NCBI RefSeq assembly: GCF_001194135.2
Contig: NC_068982.1
Location: 185,250,268-185,314,267 of the forward strand
DNA length: 64,000 nucleotides
Direction: 5' to 3'
Origin: Octopus bimaculoides
Taxonomy: Eukaryota
Of this stretch, positions 36,459-48,559 are shown in pieces. Under the pieces are notes generated by a model. The model worked only from the letters and a program-made list of their open reading frames with translations, was not told the DNA's origin and made no database searches. Within the stretch, counting starts at the first letter, position 1; each line of letters begins with the position of its first letter. Made by a program: the position numbers and the translations under genes.

Positions 36459-38759
36459 TGTAGGATTTACTGAGACCTGCAGAGCAGTAAAGGTAGTTTA
36501 AAAAGTTTTAAAATGTATAGTTCTAGAAAAGTGGAACTCTACATGCAAAATGACTGTCAGCAATGTTTGAGAGGAGTTTAAGATTTTAAAAAATTTTATA
36601 AACTGATCCATTTATTTACAATATTAATAGAATGAATATAGGCTTCTGAAAGCTTAATAGACTAGGGAGGTTAGGGATTAGTATATTATCTGAATATTCT
36701 ATCATGGAAAAAGAAAAAAACAAACTAAATACAAAACAGTGGTACAGTCAGGAGTGGAGGGAGTAGCTTAAACTCAGATCCATGATTGGCTAGCAAATTC
36801 AAACAGATGTTGGTGAGGAAAGGTTTATCAATCAATGATAATTACCTTGTTCTGTTTTTAATTAAAGAGTGTGAGTGTAATACTTTATGAGATCAATTTG
36901 AGCTTTATAAAGGGTGAACAATGACAAAGTTTATTTATTCTTTGCTCTGAAAAGAAAGCTAAAATCATCCTGAAGACATTTTGTCTCCTGAGTTGGTGGA
37001 TCTTCTAGATGAAATTTCTGAAGCTGGTTTGTCCTAGTGTATGTACAGCCTTTTTAAATATTTTAATTCTATTATTTATTTCTTATGACAAGAGTATTTC
37101 CTAATAAAATGACATGTAAAACAAATCTTAACCCTTTTAGGTTAACATATCTTATGTTCGGTTGCTTTTAAATGCTAATTGGTTTAGGAAATTCTTGTAA
37201 GAATATGTAAATGAGGTTTTTGTTTTGGAAGATGATTTTTTTTTAACTAGATGATAACCAACGAAATCTCTAGTGAAGAATGAATGAGAAAGGATGTTAT
37301 CAAGAGGAGAGGAAAATAGCAAACAAATGGGTTGAAGAAACTTGTTTATAATGAGAATAGGAAGATTATAACAGCTAGCTGGTTCCTAGGAGATGTCCGA
37401 TTGGAGAGATGAGACCATAAATAAGGGCAATGACTAGCTAACAATGGTAGTCTATGAGAATGATGCAGAAAATCCAAATAATCTTTTGACAGCCAATCTC
37501 TTTTGATAATGTCTTGTTCCTGTAATGAGGAATTAAGATGTTTCTGGTACTTTTTACTTCCCATCAGTGTAAGCTGTATAACTGATCAGTTTATTTCTAA
37601 CTTGCAAATCTTCTATCATATTTAGCAAGTGATAGATAAAATCATTCAAAGCCTGAATTTAAGTATTCCACCAAACTTTACTTTCTTATCACTTCCGTAT
37701 GCAATATTCCTTTCACCAGTCCTAAGTACTCTGCTATCCAATATCTTATCAGGTACTCAGTCAATGTGTTATAGCTATTCAAAAGTGTTTATAATCAGTT
37801 CTTAAAGAATGTATTTAGGTTTCATTGAGTTTTTCCCCCTAGTTTTTTGATTGTCCATATTGCACCTGCTTTTGGAAGCAATGTACAGAAATCTTGATTA
37901 TGTGTTTTCTCCTACAAAGCTTATCTTTGTTGACCATGACATTTTTTAAGTACTGGGACCTGATAATGTCTTGATTCTACTTTCAAAAACACATCTACAA
38001 ATTGGACTCTATGGAACAATTCTGAAGTGAGGACAGTCATAAATGATTAGTTCCATTCTTAAATCGAAGGATTTTCTATTTATATTGGACTGATGGGCTT
38101 TCCTAGAACTAGATAAAGAATCTTTTGATACAATATTAGGTTTTTACCATAATAATTTCAAATTCTTACAGTGATTTAATGGATTAGTTAGAAATCTTTC
38201 TGCTCAATCTTGTATTATGAAATGCTCCACATATGCATAGAAAAAAAAAAACGAAATATATCAGCCAAACTTTAACTTTGTTTTCATTAATATTCAAGGT
38301 TTCCATTGTAACTATTTTTTCAGTTCCTGACCTCTTTACTGTGTGTGAGACTAACTTTAGTTTTGGTATTTCTAATTTGAATTTCTTTGTAAATGATTGC
38401 TTCCCTTTTCATTGTAAAGATTTGTCCATTATGTGAATGTTTTTGGTGTTTACATTTACAATCATTTTCTTATTGCTTGTGAATCTAGATTTGAATTTTC
38501 TGACCATTCCTTTGTGTTTCCACTTGATCCTCTTACATTCTACCATTCACCTTTTCGTCCTATATCATTCTCCATCCTCTCAAGGTTGCACTCTCATTGT
38601 ATTGCAGCAGACAAATTTGATCAGGTCCTTGTTACCATCATCATCATTTAACGCCCATTTTCCATGCTAGCATGGGTTGGACAGCATATATTCTATAAAT
38701 ATCCCGCAGCAAATATTTTAGTCCTTTGTGATTTCATTACTTACCATGATAATTGATTT

Positions 38760-40620
38760 ATTTTTATTGTGACAAGCAAACAGTTATATTGTGCTTTAGA
38801 TAATTGTGGTGAAGCAAATATTGTTACTTTTAACATACTGAAAGCATTTCATAGGGTTTGCTATGCTGATCATTTCCACAAACTTAAACTAAATGGAATT
38901 TCTGGAAGGATCATTATGGTTCTTGAATCTTTTCTAGATGAATGTAGCATTAAAGTTGCTTTAAATGGCCCTCAATCTTTTAGTTCTATTCTCGGTTCAA
39001 TCTTCATCTTAATTTATATTGTAATGGACTGTGGGCTGTGAGGTGACGAGACTCAGGTACATCAGACAGCCCTTACAATAAATATAGAAGAATAATACAT
39101 ATATGCCAGAAGGAAGAGAGAGAGACACAACTGAGTAGAATGTTTAAGAGAAGATTTATTGATATGTTAACATGTGTGTCTGTGTGTGCATCATATATAC
39201 AGAATAATAGACAGGCTGTCATGAGAGCAAAGTGTATGTGTGTATAGGCATGGATGTATGTGTGTGCACTAAGAACATATAAGAATAACAATGAAGTGGA
39301 CAGTGAAGGAGTCTATAATGAGAAGTTAGATGAATGTTCATAGACACAAGAATGAGAAATACCAGTTTGTAATCAATTGTACATGGTAGTTGAAACAGTG
39401 TATCAAGAAGTTGTGGCCATGATACTGAGCCAGTTGTGGTACATGTCGTATGTGTGAAGTTGTGGCTGTAATGCTGCTGCCAGGGTCACTTAGTACAGGA
39501 GTTCTCGCAGGTCATATATTCACTGTTGATCCATGGTGAAGTAATTCATGAACAGTGCAGTGTTGAAACCTGGGTGAGTTGCTTGTTGAGCTGTGTACGT
39601 AGAGATGATGTTAATGACGTTAAGAAGATGATGGTGGCGATGAAGAAAGAGATTGCCGTGATGCTGTTGGACGAAGTTGGTAAGTCTCAATGTGGCTACT
39701 GTAGTGTAGTTTCAGGAACTGGCTGTGTCTTGTGTGGTCAGTGGCTAGACCTTAAAAGGTCTGAAACCAAAGACATTGAAATGAGGAGAAACTGGGTTTT
39801 TATGAGGAGCTGTAGGCTCAAAACTGGGTTGAGAACAGGTCGTCTCATATGATTTATTTAGAGACTCCGATTGGTTATACGCTGCACATTGGCATGACAG
39901 AGTAAGAGACAAATTGTGTCAATACCAACCAATCAGAGTAGTGGACACAACGGGGTTCAAATAGTGGTCAAAGGCTAGCTGTTACCTACTATGTTTGAAT
40001 GCATGTATATATAATAAAGGGGAGAGAGGAATTTCACTCAAGTTTTTGCTACAATATTAATAATTTTCTAGATGATATCATGTCTATCCTTACTATCTAT
40101 ACTGATGATACTATTATATATTCTTGCTTAAATGATAAGTGGTAGGGGCGGTTCACCATGGGCAGCACTTTTGGGTCTGCTGTTGGCAATATGTGTTTTT
40201 TTGTGGGGTCTGGGGGTTGCACACACTCTAGCTAGTCTCTTATTTGTCCTTTTTTTGGAATACAGGAGTCACATTTGGGCTGCGACCCCTGCTGGTGTTC
40301 TCTTCTAAAATTATTTGTCCAGTTTTGGCAGCTAAACTTCAACCTCTGCCTCATCACCAAGACACTGCTTCTTTATTTTTGTTCTATACATATTTCCACA
40401 GTCATTGTTCTACTGAACGTTCATCCCATGTACCTCTTCTAAATATTACTGTTCACATGACTCATCTTTTTGTTAATCCTCATCCTCTCAATGTTGTTAT
40501 CCCCTCCTGTAAGAGATATTTCTACTATAGTAGAACAACTGTCTTATGGAACGTTCTTCTTTCTTCTCATTTCCCGGATAAATATTATCTGAATTCTCTT
40601 AAATCTTGCTCTGATTGACT
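38760..40620 (+). mobile_element. CR1/Jockey-group LINE RT and C-terminus, split by an LTR
   Basis: FNILKAFHRV, SILGSIFILIYI|NNFLDD..IYTDD, then LQPLPHHQDTASLFLFY...TTVLWNVL. Confidence 0.8.
39020..40053. mobile_element. Solo LTR, 1034 bp (Gypsy-like by TSD length)
   Basis: TGTA...TACA termini; 4-bp TSD ATAT (39016-39019, 40054-40057); removal restores the LINE frame; CCAAT boxes and AATAAA suggest minus orientation. Confidence 0.78.
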
Positions 40621-40859
40621 TACAATTCTTAGATTTTCTCTTTTTCTTTTGTAACTCCCAACATACTAAGTGGTTGCTTGAAGCCTGCTTTATTATTGGT
40701 TGTTTTCTATTTTGTTGGCGGTGATTCCTATACAAATACATGTACACACACACACACACACGTTTGCATGCATGCATACACGCGTGCACACACACACGCG
40801 TGCACACACACACACACACGCACACACACACGCACACACACACACACACACATACAAAA

Positions 40860-41009
40860 CAGTCTTCTTTCAGTTTCCGTCTACCAAATCCACTCACAAG
40901 GCTTTGATCAGCCTGAGGTAGGACACACTTGCCCAAGGTGCCATGTAGCGGGACTGAACCTGAAACTATATGGCTGGGAAGCGAGCTTCTTACCACACAC
41001 CCATGCCTA
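40860..41009 (-). mobile_element. SINE family B head
   Basis: Reverse complement GGCATGGGTGTGTGGTAAGAAG...GGTTCAGTCCC...ACCTTGGGCAAGTG. Confidence 0.88.
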
Positions 41010-42034
41010 AACTTATACACAATTATGATACATTTTTCAAGAAAACACTCATAATAGTACATCCTCATTAGGGATTAATAAACTTTGATAACACCTTCAA
41101 AACCCCTTATAAATGCTGGTCTTAACACACTCTAACCACCTCTCACTTTATTACATACAAAGTACATATACAATACAAATAGTTGAATATATGGAGTCAT
41201 ATCCTGATGAATTATATAGGTCCAAAGATGTTTCACTAGTTAGATATGTGAAATGTCTTATCTCTCATATCTTGAACATTTCCTTAAATTCAAAATGTGA
41301 TCTTTTGAGCTAAGGTAAGTCATTGGAGATTTTTGTTTTGTGTATAAAATAATAAACAGTATGATGTCACTTCCTTGCTCTAACTTCACCAGCCTTTAGG
41401 GACAAAATTATCATGCCAATCATCCTTTCTGTCTCTTTGAATCAAAATGTATTTGCCAAAACATTTTTGTTTTTCACTTAGAGTTCTAATTAAAACACAT
41501 TTCTCTTTTCAGTTTTTGAAACTCATTCTATATTTGGATTTGAGAAAATACTAGTTTCTTCAGATCTGCTCAAGACCTTCAAAGAAAGAGCCCTATCTGT
41601 GTCAATCAGCCTTGCTGTCCCTTTCCCAAATATAATTTATTAAGTATAGAAATTAGGACATTTTATTCTGAAATGATAAAAAAAGACAACTGTTTTATTT
41701 TTGCTTGATTATTATTTTTTATTACATTAAATACAGTTTTTTTCTGCCAGTTTATAAAAAACTTTTTTGCATATACTGTACAATTGCACATACAGGGTCC
41801 ACCATAAGTAACTATATATTTTCTTTTGCTTGTAACTTTGTTGATACTTATTCAATTTTTCTATTTCATATGTCATTTGAAAGCTGAAATTTTTATATTT
41901 TTATTTCCTTTTTTTCCCCTATTTTAGATATACTGTTATATCGATTATGTCCACCCAATTAACAAAAGAGCAAAAGATTGCGGTTTTGAAATGGCTATGC
42001 TACAGAAGCTGCTTTTGCCATTATTACAACAGCA

Positions 42035-42200
42035 GGATGGAGCAGAGGGTCTGTACTTTCAGCAAGACGGGGTACTGGCCCATTATGTTACGCTTGTGTG
42101 AGACTGGCTGGACGCCAACCTGCCCTGTCAATGAATTGGCAGACAAGGACTACTTGAGTGGTCATCTCATTCGCTGGATTTGACCCCACTCGACTTTATC
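42035..42200 (+). mobile_element. Tc1/mariner catalytic-domain remnant
   Basis: FQQDGVLAHY...DWLD...WSSHSLDLTPLDF (cf. QQDGAPxH, WPPxSPDLxPxD). Confidence 0.78.
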
Positions 42201-42229
42201 ATGTATTATTGCTTTGCGTGAAATAATTG

Positions 42230-42440
42230 TTTCAAATTTTGGTACAAGGTCAGCAACTTTAGGGGTAGGGGTTAAGTTGATTACACTAACCCCAATGTTC
42301 AACTAATACCTTTTTTTTTATCAACCCCGAAAGGATGAAAGGCAAAGTTGACCTTGATGGCATTTAAACACAGAATGTAAAGATGGGTGAAATAACACTA
42401 AGCATTTTCTCTGGCGTGCTAACTATTTTGCCAGCCTTGC
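42230..42440 (-). mobile_element. SINE family A
   Basis: TATCAACCCCGAAAGGATGAAAGGCAAAGTTGACC core plus tRNA-like head. Confidence 0.85.
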
Positions 42441-42559
42441 ATTGGGTAAAATAATAAAACAAAATAACTGTTAAATAACAATAGACAAGTCAGTCTGATC
42501 CTCATCCCAAGTTATCAAAAGGATCCTTGTGGGACCTAGTTTCATATTGGGACTAAATA

Positions 42560-42664
42560 CATATACATACATACATACATACACATATATATATATATAC
42601 ACACACACACATACATGCATGCACGTACATATATATATACATACATACATACATACATGCATAC

Positions 42665-42711
<47 letters not shown>

Positions 42712-42887
42712 NNNNNNNNNNNNNNNNNNNNNNNNNNNNNNNNNNNNNNNNNNNNNNNNNNNNNNNNNNNNNNNNNNNNNNNNNNNNNNNNNNNNNNNNN
42801 NNNNNNNNNNNNNNNNNNNNNNNNNNNNNNNNNNNNNNNNNNNNNNNNNNNNNNNNNNNNNNNNNNNNNNNNNNNNNNNNNNNNNNN
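42560..42887. repeat. (TACA/TA)n microsatellite and N-gap
   Basis: Directly visible; Ns at 42712-42887. Confidence 0.95.
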
Positions 42888-43455
42888 TGGTGAGAGCTGT
42901 ACAAGCTGTGCTACCAGTAAGGTGAGGGTTGGCAATTAGTACACCAACGAATTCAGGGTGCAAGTAGGAGTTCACTAAGGATCAGGCCTCAGCCCCCTTG
43001 TTCATCATTGCCCTCCACACAATAGCAGAGGAATTTAAGACAGGCTGCCCCAGAAGCTCTTCTATGCTGATGACCTTGCTCCTATAGGTGAATCACTATG
43101 AGAACTATAAAAGAAGTACCGGGTATGGAAGCAAGGTCTAGAATTGAAGGGCCTTAGAGTTAACCTAGCAAAAACGAAAGTCTTCATAAATAGGAAGGCA
43201 GACAAATCACAAATCCCTTCAAGTAGATGGCCCTATTCGATCTATAGAAAAGGCATAGGTAGAAACTCCATAAGATACACTCTTGGAGTAGTTGGCATTA
43301 GGAAGGGCATGCAGCCATAGGAGATCATGCCAAGTCAGACTGGAATCTGGTGCAGCCTTCCAGCGTGCCAGCCCTGGTGAAACCATCCAACTCATGCCAG
43401 CATGGACAACAGACATTAAATGATGTTGATGATGATGATGATGATGATGATGATA
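42888..43455 (+). mobile_element. RTE RT fragment joined to the RTE 3' tail
   Basis: EFRVQVGVH*GSGLSPLLFIIAL, LYADDL, then family core and (GAT)n. Confidence 0.85.
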
Positions 43456-44664
43456 AGTTTGTATACTTGTTTATTCATATGCTACTCTGAATTAGGACTT
43501 GAGTGAATTTTGTCAGATTGTCTCCTTGAACCATTTTCTAAATGAAGTGTGCCAGTAAAACGTTTTGTTTGTATTTTGGGATGTAACTTTGTGCTGCTGT
43601 CATCCTCAGATCAGAAGTGATACGTAAGAAATATGCTGTGAGGGAGATACTACTAAGATAATGTAGTCATTCTCTACCATGCACTGTCTTGCACACACAC
43701 GCACAAGCACGCATGCTCACACACACCCAAATAACCAACCAACCACACACACACACCACCCGCTCACACCCAAACAACCAACCATACACACACACACACA
43801 TACGCACATGCAAACACCCTGCCATACCCAACCAACCAACCATACAACCCCCTCACTCTCTTTCTCATACTCATACACACATACACATATATATATATAT
43901 ATATATATATAGAAAGANNNNNNNNNNTGCTCTCATACTCACTCACACTTACATGCAACAATAAAATGGTTTCTACTGCCACAAAAATTGAAATTAATAA
44001 ACAATCCCTTATGATTTTTAAAAGTGTTTACTAACATACATAGTATGTACAAAAAACAATAACAAGGAATAAAGTGAGAGTATAAGGTATCTATGGAAGA
44101 GACTGCTGTGACACCAATTTACATGTATACATTTACATAAAGGGTGGAGTGGGGGTAGTTTGAACCGAAGAATCTGGTGAGGGCTGTGCTGCTGTCTTGT
44201 GAGAACCCCTTATACTACCTTTCAACCATATTGTTACCAGGTTAATACAGAAACTTTACAATCATACTGAAAGGTTTCTGTATTTTTCATGTTTCAAAGT
44301 AAACTTTTCACTTAGAAATACCCAGTCTGTTTAGCAAATACTGTAGTCATGAATGGATGCTTTTGTGTGTTGGCTGTTTAGTAGAAAGTAATCAGGATGG
44401 GATTGCAAATAAGTTGCCTATTCTAACTTGTGTTGTGTGCACTTCATATATTGAGGTCATTACTGTTTGAGACTAATTGAAATGTGTTCCATCTGCCCAA
44501 CTATCACAAGTAAACTGGCACCTGTTGTAGAACTTACATTGGTATATATACTAGTACTTTAACTGAGAAGGAGGTCAGATATTAGGCATTTGAATAGGTG
44601 AGTCAATTTTGCCTTTCCAGTTATAGAAGAACGAACATGCTCTTTCTAAGAGAACTCAAATCCT

Positions 44665-45726
44665 AAGTGGCATCCCCTAGAGAACTGTTCTGGGGTCATT
44701 ACTGTTCATAATAACCATCTTAGACATGTCCATGGTCACTCAGACAGCCACTGTCACTAGCTAAGCTGATGATACAATATTATCACAGGCAATAAAAAAA
44801 TCAAGATGATGTCGCAAGCTTACAGTGGGGCCTGAATTTGATATACAAATGGGCTGAAATAACATGCAGTTTAATGCTGGAAAATTTCAAGCTCTGCACT
44901 ATCAACTCATGATTGCACTACAGCCTGCATATACAGAACCTGAAGGTACTACAATCCCAAAGTCACAGGCAATGAAAGACCTGGGGAGCAATATGTGCAA
45001 TGACGCATCATTTTATATGCACATAACCAAGAATGCAGCAAAGTGCAGACAACTGGCAGGATGGATACTGAGGTCCTTCAAGACAAGAGACCAAGAAACT
45101 ATGTTAACTTTGTGGAGAACCTTTGTTCTTAGCTGTTTGGATTACTGCTCCCAGTTATGGTCACCACATAGTACAAAACTAACAGTGGAGCTTGAAGCAG
45201 TCCAACACCACTACACTAGAAAGATTGGAACAGTGCAGCAGATGAGCTACAGGGATAGGCTGAGAAAACTTTACTCCCTGGAGAGAAGGCACAACAGATA
45301 TGTAATAATCTACATATGCAAAACTCTAGAATGGCTAGTACCTAATTTCAGCATTGAGTGTTATACAAATGCTAGACCTGGCCACCATTGTATTGTACCA
45401 AAGGTACCATCCATTTTATCTAAATTCAGGACCAGGTACTGAAATAGTCTAGGGGTCAAATGCCCGCAGCTCTTCCATGCCCTGCCACAAAAATTAAGAA
45501 ATCTGCATAAGGTGGAAGTAGATGTCTTCCTCTCCACAATATTGGATGAACCAACAGCCCAACATGAGGTGCAGACGAAGGCATCGGAATCAAACTCCCT
45601 TATACACTAAATAGGCCAACAGCTAGGACAAAGGCACATAGAGGAGTGGTGATATGAAACACTCCAGACTGAGGAAATCAGAAAGACCACGGTGGTGCTC
45701 CAGCATGACTGAAGAGTAAAAGAGTA
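44665..45726 (+). mobile_element. CR1-like LINE, 5'-truncated, with 3' end
   Basis: GTVLG-like motif, *ADDT, MQFNAGKFQ, LDYCSQLWSP, LYSLERR; ends GGTGGTGCTCCAGCATGACTGAAGAGTAAAAGAGTA. Confidence 0.88.
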
Positions 45727-46462
45727 TGCAGGCAAAAAGTGGTTGTATCATTTTTTTAAGAAGCGTGAGAGCATTTCAATAAGGACAATTGTCATAGCAT
45801 GATTCTTTTTTCAGTAACTATGAAACTGTACTTCAGGGGTGTGGATTGACTCCAGGTAGGATCTGGAATCTTGATAAGAGTGAAGGCATAACAGTCTAGG
45901 GATCATGAAAAAAAAAAACATCAATGAACAAGGAACCAAACAGGCCAGCAGTGCAAAGATAGTTTGTGAATTTCAGCTGTGTAATCAGTGCTATGGAGAA
46001 CACTGTTCCTCCTGTCTTTGTTTTCTCTCAAGTTCTCTTTAAGGATAATTTTCTTCATGGTGCTTCACCAATTTCTACTAGTGTGACACATTGTTAAGCT
46101 GAATAAAACAAAAAGTTAATAATCAGAGCATCATGTAGTCTCTTGTGTCTCTTTCTCTCTAATCTTTCCCTGTTGTTAGAGCTTACTTTAATGTAACAAC
46201 ACTTACAAAACAAACACCTACAGACAACAACACACATCATGCTCTGTTTCTCCTGAAAATACGCAGCTTTTACAAGGTTATCTAGTAACTAAGAAAATGG
46301 AGTGCAATTGTTGTCACTTTTCCACACTTGATAGATCCTTTTGCTTTTGGGCTTTTCAAAAACCTGTAGAACTCTGTGCTGGTGCATGGATGAAAGAACA
46401 TAAGGAAAACAATGATGAAATATGAAATTCCCATATTAGTTATAAAGGCTTTTCTTTGAGCC

Positions 46463-46547
46463 ATGACTCCCATCAACAAACCGCATAGGAGACTGATGAC
46501 TCCCATCAACAAACCGCATAGGAGACTGATGACTCCCATCAACAAAC
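46463..46547. repeat. 33-bp tandem repeat, about 2.6 copies
   Basis: Unit ATGACTCCCATCAACAAACCGCATAGGAGACTG, exact copies, no spacers. Confidence 0.95.
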
Positions 46548-46583
46548 ACTCAGTTTTCAGGATAACAGGTTTTTATTCTTTAA

Positions 46584-46800
46584 CCCTTTTGTTACCAGCC
46601 CAGCTGAAACCAGCTCTGGCTCTGAAGTACAAATGTCTTGTTTTCATAAGTTTTGAATCAAAATCTTTCCCCAAACCTTAGTCACAGTTTATGTCCCTAA
46701 CACTAGCTGAATGATAACTAAGTTATTTTACTAAATTCTTTGTTATTTTTAAAGTAATTGAAAGAAACACAGAGCGTCTCTAAATACAGTAATGGAAAGG
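46584..46800. mobile_element. piggyBac-like MITE (degenerate TIR)
   Basis: TTAA|CCCTTTTGTTAC...GTAATGGAAAGG|TTAA. Confidence 0.6.
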
Positions 46801-46989
46801 TTAAGCAGTAATGACTTCCCCGAAGAGGACTTACTCTTTTCTAATGTGATCGATCTCATTTTAAACATTGGTTTTGATTGTTACAACATTAATCAGCCAG
46901 AACCCTCTTGGCCATGCTTCTTAACCTCTTAGAATATCACTCCTTTTATTGAAGCTGGCCCAAAGAAGTGAGAAGAGCTCTTGTTGACA

Positions 46990-47311
46990 CATTCGAGTGA
47001 TCTGAAACCACTTAATAGGCCAAGAAGAGGAAGAAGAAATCATCCAGAGAGCAAAAGAAATCAAAAACCACATAGGAGACTGATATTGAAGGTAGTTGTA
47101 AAGAGGATACTGTTTTCCAGGACATCAGATCAGGTGAGAAAGAACTATTTGATGTTAGGTGAATAAACAGGAATGCAGAGACCCTTCATCATCTTTTGGA
47201 GCCACAAGAGATTTAACTGAGTCAGGATTCATGCAAACTTTCAAGATCCAAGGTCAGGTTTATCATCAGATTGGCTCTCTACTACCTCTGTCAAATGAAT
47301 CACCAAAATTG
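46990..47311 (+). mobile_element. Helitron Rep/helicase N-terminal fragment
   Basis: 47225-47311 translates GFMQTFKIQGQVYHQIGSLLPLSNESPKL, the FxIxGQVYHxIGSLLP motif of Helitron RepHel. Confidence 0.8.
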
Positions 47312-47884
47312 GCCTTTCATTGTTTATAATCTGTATCTGTTTTCTGGTTACAAAATAAGCTACACAAAACAGGTTTTTACTTTATATACATATATGAATT
47401 GAAAACTTTCTTTTAACATTTCACTTAACATCTGTGTTACATGCTGGCATGGGTTGGAGAGTTATTAATGTAGAAAGTTGGTATCTCAGCCACTAGCAGT
47501 TGAGACCTGCATAATCCAATCTGTCCTTTTTGAGCTTTCTTCATGACTCATCTTCCTAACAACCATATTTCCAGCACTCTTCTAACCATGGCAATACTCA
47601 CTCAGGTGCCGTAATTGTATGACCCCCACCTTCTGTGCCATCAGTTATCACTCTTTATGAAACTGTTTCCTTTTGTCACTCATCCCTTATTACTTTATTT
47701 TCCAAAGAACATTTTCTTATAGATCTGCCTTTGAGACTCCCCTCCTCCCCCATCATCCTTTATTGTTTGTCACTCACCGTTTCCACTTCCATGTTCCTCT
47801 GTCACTGTGCATCTCATTTCACTCACATCACATCATCTCCCTATGGTTTTATTATACTGTTGCTCTCCCTACTTCCCTTTTTCT

Positions 47885-48425
47885 TAGCTCTTATATGCTC
47901 CAGTGCAGTCAGTACAATGGGCAACAAGCCTTCTCCAAAACATTCAAATTACTTACTCTCCTTTTAGCTCCACTCAAGCTGAATCTTATCATTATCATGA
48001 TGTCCCAGAACATACTGTGCCACATCTTGATCTTCTACTCAGTCTTTTTTCTTCCTTCTAGCATCCACTCCATCACAATAGTAGCATGTCTTTCTTGTGG
48101 TAATTGAACCATATCTACCACTTAGTCACCATACACTGCAAACTTCCCATGCCAACTCTTCTTATCTCCTTTTTGTTTCTCAATCTGTCCTGGTAAGAGA
48201 TACCCAGGTTTGAATGTAGGCAGCATCAATTGAACAAATCATTGTTTTCTTCCAAGTTTCACTGGTGTAGATAGCTGTTGGTACAACAATAGATGAGTAT
48301 AGCTGCAGCTTTATCTTCTTACTGATGGTCTTAAATCTCCATATTGGAGGAAGGTGTTGGAATACTGACCTTGCATTACTTATCCTGGTCTTGACTTCAA
48401 CTTCTGCATCAACCACATTGAAAAT
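47885..48425 (-). mobile_element. RTE (BovB/Expander-like) LINE 3' fragment, distinct from the main RTE family
   Basis: EVKTRISNARSVFQHLPPIWRFKTISKKIKLQLYSSIVVPTAIYTSETW. Confidence 0.8.
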
Positions 48426-48559
48426 AAAGCTTCTGAGGTATGTAAATTTAGTGATGTATTTCCCCTGAAGGAAGAGAGTATGGCTGTTTTAGTATAGACT
48501 TTCTTCCAAAATGCATCAGCTCAAATTTTCTCTCGTACAGTTGCATTTTATTTTTGTCT

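Noticed and set aside
45815-45855. Exon-like islands with AG/GT ends and open frames (this one NYETVLQGCGLTP; also 29618-29689 and about 14389-14499)
   Set aside because: Short, no recognisable homology and cannot be linked into a gene without transcript data; expected by chance at this length
46291-46364. Minus-strand peptide KRIYQVWKSDN resembling the N-terminus of some DHHC palmitoyltransferases
   Set aside because: Stop follows within a few codons, no good donor, no other DHHC exon
46463-46547. 33-bp repeats as a CRISPR array
   Set aside because: Head-to-tail copies without spacers, eukaryotic context, no cas genes
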